Source: the human T2T-CHM13v2.0 reference genome, Homo sapiens
NCBI RefSeq assembly: GCF_009914755.1
Contig: NC_060937.1
DNA: 64,000 bases
Strand: one strand, 5' to 3'
Below the pieces are notes generated by a model. That model had not been told where the DNA came from. It searched no databases and was given only the letters and a program-made list of their open reading frames with translations. Positions 28,289 to 40,611 of the stretch are shown here, in pieces (position 1 is the first letter of the stretch; each line of letters begins with the position of its first letter). The translations under genes and the position numbers were made by a program.

Positions 28289-28468
28289 TGTGAGAGTTAC
28301 CTGAAGCTCCGCATCCGTGATGGTCTAGGGGGCTTCCGAGGTGATCCGGCAGTGTCAGTCTTCAGCCGCTAAGCCGAGAAGATCTGGGAAGGAGTCAGTC
28401 AGAGAGGCTTGGGCCAGAGTTCCAGGGGCTCTGGGAGTGGCTGCCAGGTGAGTTGAACAGTCCGATTT

Positions 28469-28759
28469 TCAGTGGGGTCCCACACAGATGGGACGCAGCT
28501 TAGGAGGAATCCTGGGCTGCGGGCATTCCTTGGCCCAGTGGCCAGATTTCTGGCACTTGTAGCAAGCTCCTGGGGGAGGAGGTTCTGGAGGAATGCCTGG
28601 CCGCTGCTGTTCAGGCATTTGGAAGTTCTTGTGTGCTGGAGATGTGGCTGGGGTTTGTCTCACAGTGGATGCAAGGAATTGCAACTTTTTTCTGTTATTG
28701 TACACCTTGAAGGTGAGGTTAATTAAGTCCTGTTTTGGGGTTTGAGGGCCAGATTCCAA
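28469..28759 (-). pseudogene. gag: HERV-H gag C-terminal/nucleocapsid remnant
   Basis: Zinc knuckle CYKCQKSGHWAKEC (CX2CX4HX4C) followed by a broken second knuckle. Confidence 0.9.
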
Positions 28760-29674
28760 TTTTTGGAGTTTTATTTAATGTCGGGAGCAGATTGGGTAAT
28801 AAAATGTATTTTGAGAATAAGATGGCCTTTTGACCTTTTAGGGTCTAGGGCTGTAAAGCGTCTCAGGGTTGCTGCCAAACAAGTCATGAACTGGGCTGGA
28901 TTTTTATATTTGATGAAAAAGAGCCTAAACGCTATCTGATTTGGGATAAAGAAAAAGGAGCATTAACCTTGACTATGCCTTTGGCTCCAGCCACCTTTTT
29001 AAGAGTAAATTGCTGGGCAGGTGGGGGAGGGCTAGTCACGGAACGAAACTGTAAGCAGGACCCAGTGTGAGGAGGGGAGGTGATAAAAGGATTATAGGGT
29101 GGAGGAGCAGAGGCTGAGGAAGAATTGGGACCTAGCTCGGCCTGGCGAGGAGCAGCCTGGGGAGGAAGGGAGAGGTCAGATGGGTCTGCAGAAAAGGAAG
29201 ATTAGAAAGACTCAGCGACGCTTGGGGTTGGTACTGAGGGGACAGGTGGGAGGGAAAGAAGGAAGATTTGGGACGAGTTGCACTGGGCACAGAGACTAGG
29301 AAGGGACTGATGTGTAAAAGAATGCCTGGACGTCAGGCACCTCAGACCGTTTGCCTATTTTACGACAAGAATTATTTAGATTTTGCAGGATGGAAAAATT
29401 CAAAGTGCCATTTTCTGGCTATTTGGAACTACTGTCGAGTTGGTATTGGGGACAAGCAGCATTGCAGAAGAAAATAAGGCATTTAGGTTTTAGGTCAGGT
29501 GTGAGTTGAAGAGGTTTTAAGTTTTTGAGAACACAGGCCAAGGGAGTAGAAGGAGGAATGGAGGGTGGAAAGTTGCCTATAGTGAAGGAAGCAAGCCTAG
29601 AGAAGAGAGAGAGTAGAGAAATGGAGGGAAGGGGTTCGGGGGTTCTTACCTCCCAGAAAAGTGGGAAAAGGCGT

Positions 29675-29886
29675 TGGGGCACAGAGATAAGAGGTCAGGG
29701 CACAGAAATAAGGGATTGGGGCACAGAGATATAAGAGGTTGGGGCGCAGAAATAAGGGATTGGGGCACAGAGATAAGAGGTCGGCGTATGGAAATAAGGG
29801 ATTGGGGCGCAGAGATAAGAGGTCGGGGTATGGAAATAAGGGATTGGGGCACAGAGATAAGAGGTTGTGGCGCAGAAATAAGGGAT
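29675..29886. repeat. HERV-H leader tandem array, 5 x ~42-bp dimer
   Basis: Alternating tggggcacagagataagagg and tyggggyryrgaaataagggat units, 10 subunits in all. Confidence 0.92.
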
Positions 29887-30335
29887 TGGGGGTTCTTGCC
29901 CCGTAGAAAAGCGGGACTTGCCGCTAAGGGTGAAGGAGAAAGGGTTGAGGGGTACTTGCCCCTCTCCCAGAAAAGCAGAGAAGGGGTAGAGACAAGGAGA
30001 GAAGGGGTTGGGGTACTTGTCCCTTCCTCAGAAAAGCGGGACTTGCCGCTAAGGGTGAAGGACCAAGGCAGGTGTCCCTGCGTGGTCTGACACCCTTGAA
30101 ATGTGGGTGTATAATCAGAGAGGTGTCCCTGCAATGATTAAACACCAAGAGAAGGCTGCCTTCCCAGTCCGTGACTGGCACCGGAGTTTTGGGTCCACGG
30201 ATAAAATGCATCTCCTTTGTCTCTCCTAGAAAATGAAAGGAATTGAAATTAAGAGAAGGGAGAGATTGAAGATTGGAAAGGAGAAAGTGGTTGAGGGACA
30301 GTGAGAGAGGTTGGAGAAGAGAGTAAGAAGAGGCC

Positions 30336-30344
30336 GCTTACCTG
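30336..30344 (-). promoter_or_regulatory. HERV-H leader splice donor CAG|GTAAGC
   Basis: Plus-strand gcttacctg, ~145 nt inside from the 5' LTR; near-consensus donor in the position expected for the major donor. Confidence 0.75.
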
Positions 30345-30467
30345 ATTTAAAATTGGTGAGATGTTCCTTGGGCTGGTAGGTCTGAGGACCTGAGGTCATA
30401 GGTGGATCTTTCTCACGGAGCAAAGAACAGGAGTACAGGGGATTGATCTCCCAAGGGAGGTCCCCTG

Positions 30468-30485
30468 ATCTGAGTCACGGCACCA
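30468..30485 (-). other. Primer binding site, tRNA-His
   Basis: Minus strand TGGTGCCGTGACTCAGAT next to the 5' LTR; one mismatch to TGGTGCCGTGACTCGGAT. Confidence 0.92.
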
Positions 30486-30487
30486 AA

Positions 30488-30940
30488 TTTCATGCGCATC
30501 TGTGTGAAGAGAGCACCAAACAGGCTTTGTGTGAGCAGCATGGCTGTTTATTTCACCTGGTTGCAGGCGGGCTGAGTCCGAAAAGAGAGTCAGTGAAGGG
30601 AGATAAGGGTGGGGCCGTTTTATAAGATTTGGGTAGGTAAAGGAAAATTACAGTCAAAGAGGGTTTGTTCTCTGGCGGGCAGGAATGGGGGTCACAAGGT
30701 GTTCAGTGGGGGTGCTTTTTGAGCCAGGATGAGCCAGGAAAAGGACTTTCACAAGGTAATGTCATCAGTTAAGGCAAGGACCAGCCATTTACACTTCTTT
30801 TGTTGTGGAATGTCATCAGTTAAGGTGGGGCAGGGCATATTCACTTCTTTTGTGATTCTTCAGTTATTTCAGGCCATCTGGGCGTACACGTGCAAGTCAC
30901 AGGGGATGCGATGGCTTGGCTTGGGCTCAGAGGCCTGACA
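30488..30940 (-). promoter_or_regulatory. HERV-H 5' LTR7 (candidate promoter/enhancer)
   Basis: TATAAAA at 30618-30624 (minus); ACAAAAGA motifs at 30796-30803 and 30846-30853; CACGTG at 30887-30892. Confidence 0.9.
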
Positions 30941-31627
30941 TTGCCTATGCTTTTGAGGCATTACTCAAGAAGTCTTTGCCCAGACTAATGTCCTGGAGAG
31001 TTTCTGCAGTGTTTTCTTTTAGCAGTTTCATAGTTTGAGGTCTTAAGTTTCAGTCTTGAATCTATTTTGATTTGATTTATATATATGTGAGAGATGGGGT
31101 CTAGTTTTAGTTTTCTACGTATGGATATCCAGTTTTCTTGGAACCATTTGTTAAAGAGACTGTCCTTTCCCCAATGTATGCTCTTGGTAACTTTTTTGAA
31201 AATAAGTTAACTGTAGATGTGTGGATTTATTTCTGGGTTCTCTCTTCTGTTCCTTTGTTCTATTTGTTGAGTCTGTGTTCATTTTACTTTGCTGTTTTTC
31301 TTTCTACTTCTCAGACTGGATATTCTCTACTGACTATTTTCAGTTTCCAGGTTCTTTCCTCGACTATTAAAAATCTATTGTTAAACCTCATTCATTTTGT
31401 TTTCATTTCCGTTATTTTACTTTTCTTCTTTATAATTTCTATTTGACTTATCTTAAATGATTTGTTTTTAAATTTTAAAATGTTTTTCTATTTGTAAGAT
31501 ATTGTAATTATACATTCCATAGATATAGTTTTTAGTTCTTTGACATATCCATAACAGCTGATTTAAAGTCTTTTTTTATTGAGTCCAAAATATTACCTCC
31601 CCAGCAGGACTTTCTGTTTGTTTCTTT

Positions 31628-32070
31628 TGTCTCGGAAAAAGTAAAACATGTAAGAAATACTTTATTCAAGGCTACCATAATAGGAGTGAGAGACCAGAAT
31701 GTAGTCTAAACTCAACTCTGATAAAATAAGAGGCAGGAGGAGTTTTAAGAGCTGGGGATGAGGTGGATCATAGGCTGTATTTGATAATTGGTATTACACA
31801 AAGGTAAAGCAAACTTTCTCATATCTTTATGGGAGTGGGTAGTTTTACAGCTTGGATCAAGGTATCTATTGAAGTTAGGCTTCCTCTGTCCCACAGAAAC
31901 TGATAAATAGTGCTATCTTTCTTGATGACTACTTTCAAAGAGGTAGCTTCCAGGTCATTGCAAAACAGTCCTGGTTATAATACTGACAAGAAGCTGTTTA
32001 AAAAGAAGTCTATCTTAGTGTGGCTAAGATGAAGGAAATGTTAAGGCTGGCTTGATCAATGATCAGCCAA
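31628..32070 (-). mobile_element. ERV1 LTR, MER67/MER31-like
   Basis: ctttattcaaggctac, gctatctttcttgatgactactttcaaagaggtagcttccaggtc; boundaries approximate. Confidence 0.6.
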
Positions 32071-32279
32071 TGATTGATCAAATCTTTCTTAAATGACTAT
32101 GTGTCTTACTCTCTGCAGTGGAGATCTATGTGCAAAGATACCTCTTCAAACTTCAGGCAGTTTACAAAATAGTCTTAGCTTTTACTTGCAGTTTTCGCAA
32201 CACTTTCAAGCCAACTAGAGGTGAGTGAGTGGTGCCTTTTCCTTTCCCAGGTCTTATATGGGTGAGAATACAACTTAAC

Positions 32280-32577
32280 GGCCAGGCATGGTGGCTCACG
32301 CCTGTAATCCCAGAACTTTGGGAGGCTGAGGCAGGTGGATTCAAGAGGTCAGGAGATCGAGGCCATCCTGGTTAACATGGTGATACCCCATCTCTACTAA
32401 AAATACAAAAAATTAGCCGGGCGTAGTGGCGGGCGCCTGTAGTCCCAGCTATTCAGGAAGCTGAGGCAGGAGAATGGCGTGAACCTGGGAGGCGGAGCTT
32501 GCGGTGAGCCAAGATCGGGCCACTGCACTCCAGCCTGGGCAACAGAGCGAGACTCTGTCTGGAAAAAAAAAAAAAAA
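32280..32577 (+). mobile_element. AluY
   Basis: ggagatcgag, gagaatggcgtgaacc and ggcggagcttgc diagnostics; flanking repeat AACTTAAC. Confidence 0.93.
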
Positions 32578-34892
32578 AACTTAACCTGGGATCCCCAGAA
32601 ATATGTCAGAGATTTTCAGGGTTCCCTATTGTCATCAGGATTTCCTTTTAAATTTCTGCACAGATTCTTGTTTTCCTCAAATGAAATCACAGCCTTATGC
32701 AGGTAAATTTGCTATGATTTCAGGTAATACCCAGAGACCATAATTACCTCTGCCCCACCTTCCTACTACCCACTGTGCTGAGCTCTGAGTCAAATCAAAT
32801 AGCTACCATATTCTCAAGGTAGAGATTTTCCTGAGGGTTCTAAGTTCAGACAAAAGATTGACAGTATTCTGGGTATAGTGCCTTTAACGAAGTTCTAAAA
32901 AAAAAATTCTATTTGTTTTCTGCAATGCTACTGTCTTTTGGCTATGACATCATTGAGCTGGGGAGGGAGAATATCTGGGGAAAGCCTGAAGAGAAATTTT
33001 ATAGAACCTACTCTCTTACAGAGATTTAGTAATTTTTATTGCACACATAATTTTCAGCTCATTCTATAGCTTTGATTAATTGCCAGAATTGTGATATGAT
33101 TAATTTAATTGCCTTTCCCACATTTTTGTTGTTGTAGAAAAATTGCAAGTTCACCGAGGTTCTCATTCAGCCATTCTGGAAGTTAATTTTTTAATGTTGT
33201 CCTTAAATATTTTGAGAAGATTGTCTTTTTAAGTTTAAGAGAACAGGAAAGCATGGTGTTTAATTTCCTTATTACCATCCTCATTGGTCACAAATTCCTC
33301 TTATATTCTTTGGCAGTACTTTACACTATTTTAAAAATCAATATCCCATTTACAATATCTAGAGAAAATGTTTATTGACTAGGGTGAAAAATTTTATTTT
33401 ATTTTTGTTTTGTTTTTATCTGTAAAGCTATCAGTCTATCTGAATGCTATCCTGTTTTGGTTCTAGGACTCTCAAAAAGTTCAGAAAGGTATTGGAAGAT
33501 TGGTAATGAGATGACTTCTGATTTCAGTTTTTCTTCCATAGTTAATTTTCTATTTCTTACTTAAAACCATTAGCAAAACTTGAGGAAAGCACCAGATCAT
33601 ACATATTTTAGGATTTACTCCTGAGCAGTGTTTATTCAAAAATGGTAAAGACCTTCCCCTAAAGTCTTCAGCATATTTAACCTTTTATTGCTTCTAGGAC
33701 TTAATCATGGCAAAACTGCCTCATGGGAAAGACTTTGGAGATAACATCTGAAATAACATATCTAACATTATCAGTTTTTTCTTAACTACTTCTGATGTTC
33801 TATTCAGTTTGTAGCCTTTTAAAGCCACGTCTAGAATCTTCTATATTTTCCATTCAATTTTTGCAACTGAGATTTCTATTAACATATGAATTAACAGATA
33901 TATATCCAAGAGTATTGGGTTATATATTCTTACAACTAATTTATATTTCTCTGAATAATTTCTATCTTTTGTAGATTTTTAAAAATATTTGTTTATGGCT
34001 TCCAGTTCAGAACAAGACCAAGTCTTAAAATGGTTCTTCCTTGTTCTAATCATGTTTTAACTTTACTGAACAATTGAGTGTTTTGGGGTTTTTGCTAGGT
34101 CAAAAGGGAAGGAGACCAGTTCAGAGGGAGGATTGGGGCAGAGGGAAATGTACAAGCAAAGAATGGGGAAAAAGTTTAATAAAATAAAGAAATGTAGCTG
34201 CTAATTCTTATACAGACGATTTAAAACAGAGATATTTTGTTTGTCTTGTTTTGTTTTGTTTAGTTTCCCTTTGGGTTGGCAAAGGAATAGCTTAAGACAG
34301 TAACTTTTAAGCCTGAATTTCTTCTGGATGTATTCTCAAACAAATACAAATGCACATCTTTGGTAGGATATTTTTTTCCCTTTTTTGTTTTGATCAAGGG
34401 GTTGAAAAACTCTCGGTAAGAAAACAGTCCTTTGATGTTATTTGTAAAGAAGTTGAAGGTTTCATATACATTTAAATGTGTTTTTTTAATTCTTCCCAGA
34501 AGTTTTTGGAAAAACAAAGTCATTTAAAATGTTAATCTTTTGTGCTAATGCTTTCAGAAATAATGAAGTTGTATCAATAAGCACAGTGAAATAGTAATGT
34601 TAAAGTAGGCAGAAAGCAAACTGTATTTGTGCAGTTGGTTTTATTTCTTAATGGAAATTTCCAGTGGACAGTTAATAATATAAATATATGCAACATTTTT
34701 CATAACTATGTTTTTATTCATAAAATGAAAGGATGACTTTATATCATAATTTACAGGTAATATTCTAGGTAGTTTTGTTCTGTTATGTAATTAACTTATG
34801 TTTGATATGTGCTGTAATTGTAGGGCTCTCAATACAATAAATGTGAGATACAAGTGCCTTTTATGGTAAATTTTAACTGGACTTATTACTAT

Positions 34893-35163
34893 ATTTTTTT
34901 AGAGATAGGGTCTCTATCTCCCAGGTTGGAGTGCAGTGGCACTATCATAGCTTTCTGTAGCCTCAAACCCTTGGGCTCAAGTTATCCTCTGACTTCAGCC
35001 TCCCAAGTATCTGGGACTATAGATCTACACCATCATGCCTGGCTAATTTTTAATTTTTCTGTAGAGATGGGGGTATCTCATCATCTTGCCAAGTCTGGCC
35101 TTGAACTCCTGCCTAGGCTTCCCAAAGTTCTGGAATTACAGGCCTGAACCACCTTACCTGGCC
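34893..35163 (-). mobile_element. AluJ
   Basis: Diverged dimer: agagatagggtctc, atcatagct..ctgtagcctc, ttgggctcaag. Confidence 0.85.
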
Positions 35164-36779
35164 CTAAACTTATTCTAAGTGTTCATGAAGATACTTACGA
35201 AGTACATTGCTAACCTTCAGTGTTATTTTGCAAGCTGGTTATACATAAAGTTAAGTGTGGAGTTAACAGGGGAGTTAATGGGGAGATAAAAGGTAAGGGC
35301 CTGTTTAAAGATGGTATTGTAAAAATGAGCTTTCTTGAAGATAGTCACTCTCTGTTGCTGACTTACCTCAATGGCAAGGGTGATTTCATGAATTTCTAAA
35401 AGCTCAAGGAAACACACGTCTGCAGGAACTTCAGAATCCCATGAAAAAAAGTGTGTCAAAAGTAAATATAATAAAGTGCTTCTTTGATCTATATATTTAG
35501 CCATCAAGTGAAATATTTTGCTATTCTTAGAGACCAAAGGCAACTTTGCAATATATTTTATGCTTTTCAATATAATTTTATTTTTCCATGACTGTAATAT
35601 GTAGATAAAATAGCATCTATATAAGAGGATCTTTTCAATTAATACACTTAGCCTAGTGCACATCATAATTAGTTTCTTAACTTTTACGTTTATCAATGTG
35701 CATATGAAAAGATTTCTAAATTTATCCCAACTGATATTATTATAAAGATCTTGGTTCCCACTGAATTTTCTAATGTAGAAGGACAACATTCATAAGCTGT
35801 TAGAAGCTGGTTATCTGCATTTTTACTCCTAGTTTTTCTTGGGATTTTATATATGGTTTACATTCATTTACCTAATTTGAGACTCTAAGAATATTTAATA
35901 TAAAACTAAAGGAAGACCAAAAGCAATGGGTCACTTCAACAGTTGTCATTTTTCTCCAGTCTTTAAATGTGAGAAAGTGTGTTTTGTCATGTTGTCTCTC
36001 TTATTCCATAGCCCTTTTCTGCAGAGTCCCAAACAGCAAGCTTGGACCTGTGCCATTCTACTAGGAATGATTGGCAGTAGTTCCCATGTGCCCTTCACTC
36101 AGCCTCTTTGTCTGCCTATGTTTCTCCATCTCTCTTTCTGCCTATGTCTGTTTTTCTCTGTTCTTACTATTTATAATATTATTATCAGTAGTAATGGCAG
36201 TATTCCATGGTTATTATCCTTAAATCTGTTAAATTTAAATTGCAACACACTCTGGAAATTTTACTTGTCCTTGCTTTAAGAATTGTATGATGTAAGTCTG
36301 ACCTTCCCAGCCAGGAAGTTAGAAACCTACCTGTCAATGTATTTTGAAAAATATCAGATAGCATTCTATAATAGAATGTCCCATCTAGTATTTCTCATCA
36401 CCTAAAATTTTGTTTGACAGTAGTGTGGTGTGATAGAGATGCCAGGAAAACCCAGGCTATATTCATCTTCACAATTCAATTACTATTATTATGTAGGGCA
36501 GGTGGAAAATCATCTGAGACATTTTTGTTTTAATATTCAGATAATCTTAAACACAATAAGTATAATTTACCAAACAATTATTCCCTAAACATTTTCTTAG
36601 GTAATTTTACATAATTCTTTTTAAACACTTTTTAGTAGATAGAGATGGTAAGCAACTTATGCAAAGTCACACAAGAAGATAAGAAGCATGTTTCAACTCA
36701 TTTTCAAACACTTTAAATGATTTATAAATAAATGATATATTTGTCACAACATATGGTAAATTATTGAATCTGTCAATTA

Positions 36780-37540
36780 CTTTTTTTAAAAGATGTGGTA
36801 AGACATATATAACATAAATTTTTCCATTTTAACCATTTTTTAGCATGCAATTCCATGGCGTTAATTATATTCACAATGTTATGCAACCATCACCACTATC
36901 TATTTCCAACTTTTTCATCACCCTAAACAGGAATTCTATAACTGTTAAGAAATAATTCCCCATTCTCCTTTCTCTCCCGCTAGCCCCTGGTCAATTCTAA
37001 TCTACATTTTTTATCTCTATAAATTTATCTATTGTAGAAATTTCATGTAGGTGAAATCATACATAATTTTTCCTTTTGTGTCTGGCTTATTTTGTTTATC
37101 ATATGTCTTCAAGTTTCACTCTTGTTATTGCATGTATGTAAACTTCACTCCTAGCCAAATACAATAATATTCCATTGTATGTATGTACCATATTTTGTTT
37201 ATTCATTCATCTATTGATTAATACTAAAGTCGTTTTTACCTTTTGAGTATTATGAAAAATGCTGCAATGAAGATAGGCATACATGTATCTGTTCAAGTTC
37301 CTGTTTTGAGGTCTTCGGGTTATGTACCTAGAATTGCTGGGTCATATTTCAATTTTATATTTAGTGTTAGGAGGAACAGCCAAACTGTTTCCCACAGGAG
37401 AAACACCATTTTATATTCCCACTAGCAACTCTCCAGGGTTCCAATTTCTCCATATTCTTGCCATCACGTGTCATTTGCTGTTTTATTTATTATAACTATC
37501 CTAGTAAGAGTGAAATGGTATCTTACTGTGGTTTTGTTAA
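36780..37540 (-). mobile_element. L1MB-like 3' end
   Basis: ttccattttaaccatttt...attcacaatgttatgcaaccatcaccactatc...gtgaaatggtatcttactgtggtttt. Confidence 0.85.
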
Positions 37541-39625
37541 TAAGTTCTTAATGAGTCCTTGGGGATAAACTTTGGGTCTTCACAACCTATCTTAATGCTT
37601 TTTATGAGACATCAATGCTGAAAATATATGCTCAATTCAACTAAGATATTAAAATGTATTTTGCTAAAATATTAGCAGACAAGGAAAATTATACCCATAG
37701 ATGATTTACGTATATGGTAGGATTTGAGAATTATGCCTATGAGTGAGAATAATTGGAAATGAGTGAGAATAATTTAATTATTTTAAACATTTCTCCTAAG
37801 ATGTATTATATCTAACATAATTGTTATAAAGCGTATGGATTTGTTGATGTGTTGACGGGTGAAAGAGGAGGAAATCTCTCTGGAAAGTGGGGCATCTCCA
37901 AGAATTACTTTCCAAGGGAGAGCAAAGGGGAACTCATTGAGAAGGGAGAACTTGCATGTGATTTTCTACAGAGGCACTAGTAGCCTTCTGGATATGACAA
38001 TTCTTTGCTATATGCATATTTTTATTTAATTTTTCTTTTCCTCCTGAAGAAGAGAAAAAATCCTTTACTGTTTTGACTGTCTTATATTGCATTATCACCT
38101 GGCTTTATCAGCTTCCATCCAACTAAATGCCAACAACAACTTCCTAAGAAGTGCGATAACTTAAAATGCCCACACTTTGCACTCAAAAAAACATCCTTTG
38201 TAGGTTTAGATGTAACTGCTGGAGAAAAATTAGAAGCTACTTAACATCTAAAGTATAGGTCAGAAAAGAGTGAAATGTTACTAGTGACGGAAAGATTTTT
38301 ATATTTGACTAATACATTCCTCACAAATGAGAACAGAAAATACCTTTAAAATGAGATTAGGTGTTTAGACTTTCTTTTCATAGGAGACTTATGGTGGGTT
38401 GCTCTAAATAATAACAGTAGATATTAGATTTAATGAACATTCTGTGAAAACAAGTGTTATAAAAAGATTCAAATATAAGTTATGCACATTAGAGGTAGCA
38501 TTATTATTTGTCTTCCACAGTAAGGTATGCCATCACCACTACGAGGGCAGGGGCTGGTTATAATGTATTCATATTTGTGTATCTAGGAATGGCAGAATGC
38601 CCAAATCACAGCAGATGTTCTATTTAGAATATGGTCAATAAATGACTGTGTGAATGAAGAATGGGTTGAAATTATTGGGACTATTTTACGCTGTCTATTC
38701 TCCTGTTTACAAAGATTTTTTTTTCAATAAAACTTCACCCCTGGACATGTAAAATAAATTAATCCCTTCTTTCCTGTTTCCTGCATTCTCATCTTAGATT
38801 TTGAACAAACCACATATTCTGCAAACTTTATCTATTGGTGGCCCTTTGTCTCATCTTTGGGAGCTTCTTCCTCTGGTCTTGGTGTACCCAGCTGCTTTGA
38901 GATATTTTCTGAGATTTCAAAAGTTGCTTATAATATTAAATACATTTTGCTATTCTTTTCATTGAGTCCTAAGCTTAGAACTTCACCTCAATTATAATAG
39001 AAAAACTTTAGAGATGAATCACACTTTGTTTTTCATTTGTATAAATTAATTAACCAGAGTCTTTTCTAAATACTTCAGAAAGAGATGACATAGAGGGGGA
39101 AACAAAAGTTATCAAGAAGTCTAAGGGACAATTTAGTTGTTTATTCAACTGTGATTACTTTTAGTTTCTGAAATAGTTGAATGTCATTTTTTTCTAAGAA
39201 TATAGAAACAATCATCCTATGTAGCATGAATGTTGCTTGCTTTCAAATAAAACACCACTCAGGATTCAGTTTGGGGACTGGACGCCTGTACAACTAGGTC
39301 ACCATTTCCCTGCACAGGTGAGAATTCAAATTGGTCACAAAATATCGCATACCCTTAAACAAAACTGCCAAGTGATAATTCAAGTCTGTTCATATTTGCA
39401 ATCACATTACAGAACATGGAGGTGCAAAAGACATTTTCATATTGAAAAATTAGCACCAAATTATTCTACACTATTTAGATTTGTTAGTGTAGTAGGATTT
39501 CTTCTTCATAAAAAAGTCTACTTATTTACTTTAATTCATGTTTGTTAATCTGTCATATGGCCAGATATTTACTCATTTTCATCCTCTCCTTTTTGTTGTT
39601 TGCATTCTTTTGAACAGTTGTCAGT

Positions 39626-39999
39626 TGTACTAGTCAGTTTTCACACTACTATAAAGAAATACCTGAGACTGGGTAATTTATAAGAAAAAAGGTTTAATTG
39701 ACTCACAGTTTTGCATGGCTGGGGAGGCCTCAGGAAACTTACAATCATGGAAGAAGGGGGAGCAAACATGTCCTTCTTCAGAAGGCAGCAGGAGAGAAGA
39801 GTGAGAGCGAAAGAAGGAGAGCCCCTTATAAAACCATCAGATCTCATGGGAACTCACTCACTATCACAAGAACAGCATGGGAGAAACTGCCTCCATGATC
39901 CAATCACCTCGCACTAGGTTTCTGCCTAGACACGGGGGAATTATGCAGATTAAAACTCAAGATGAGATTTCAATGGGGACAAAAAGCCTAACCACATCA
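39626..39999 (-). mobile_element. THE1 (C/D-like) solo LTR
   Basis: Full LTR tgtactagtc...accacatca; TSD TCAGT at 39621-39625 and 40000-40004. Confidence 0.92.
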
Positions 40000-40318
40000 T
40001 CAGTGAAATATGTTTTTAACTTAATAAAATTTAAGTGTGTTTTACCTACTCTTAACAATTAATCTATATTTTAGTTAATGTATATTCACTGAGTAAACTT
40101 TATATTTTCTAAAATTGCATGGTGAGTTTTCAAATTTTCATTTTTTATTTTCATTAATATTTAACTTCTAAGGCTGTCTGTGGTTATTTCTTTATTGATA
40201 TTTCAATGTAAGTCTGAAAAGACAATGTAGCAGATAATACAAAATGGATTCTTGTTGAAAATCCCCTATAATGATAAATAAATAGTCCAATAACCATGAA
40301 ATAGGGGAAACTATATAG

Positions 40319-40611
40319 AGGGAATTTCTGTATATGCTACTTTGCTGTTATCCACACCTTCACACCTCTTTTCAGATTTTGAGATTTTATATATATACAT
40401 GTATATATGTATATATGTGTGTATATATGTATATATGTATATATATACACAGGGAATTTCTGTATATGCTACTTTACTGTTATCCACACCTTCACACCTC
40501 TTTTCAGATTTTGAGATTTTATATATATATATACACACACACATATATGTATATATGTGTATATATACACACATACATACACACATATATACATATATCT
40601 GAGATTTTTAT
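40319..40611. repeat. Tandem duplication of a 70-bp unique segment plus (TA/TG/CA)n tract, period 132 bp
   Basis: 40319-40388 and 40451-40520 differ at one base. Confidence 0.95.

Larger units (their letters stand above)
25088..30940 (-). mobile_element. HERV-H provirus with two LTR7s, ~5.85 kb env/pol-deleted form
   Basis: LTRs at 25088-25529 (3') and 30488-30940 (5'); TSD TTGCC at 25083-25087 and 30941-30945; His PBS, PPT, and gag/pro/pol remnants. Confidence 0.98.
23879..31265 (-). mobile_element. 5'-truncated L1MA-like element, split by the HERV-H insertion (23879-25087 and 30941-31265)
   Basis: 3'UTR begins at the T-rich tract ~23879; ORF 24914-25120 resembles the ORF2 C-terminus (HIKIKSICTAKETINKVK). 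Sequence is continuous across TTGCC (tttgttgcc|tatgcttttgagg). Confidence 0.85.
31266..33183 (-). mobile_element. Continuation of the old L1M (ORF1/5' region), interrupted by an LTR and an AluY
   Basis: T-rich antisense ORF1-like sequence; ends ...ctcattcagccattctggaagt, resembling an L1M 5' terminus (recalled). Confidence 0.5.

Noticed and set aside
29646-30134. Overlapping 162-aa and 138-aa repetitive ORFs
   Set aside because: Artefact of a stop-free tandem array with a period divisible by 3.
34080-34720. Possible processed-pseudogene 3'UTR or conserved non-coding element
   Set aside because: No poly(A), TSD or coding homology recognised; conservation cannot be judged without an alignment.
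32280-35163. Inverted Alu pair as a dsRNA source
   Set aside because: AluY versus a diverged AluJ about 2.3 kb apart; commonplace, with no evidence of transcription.
35223-35789. Longest ORF (188 aa)
   Set aside because: AT-rich composition, no recognisable domain and no exon support; most likely a chance ORF.
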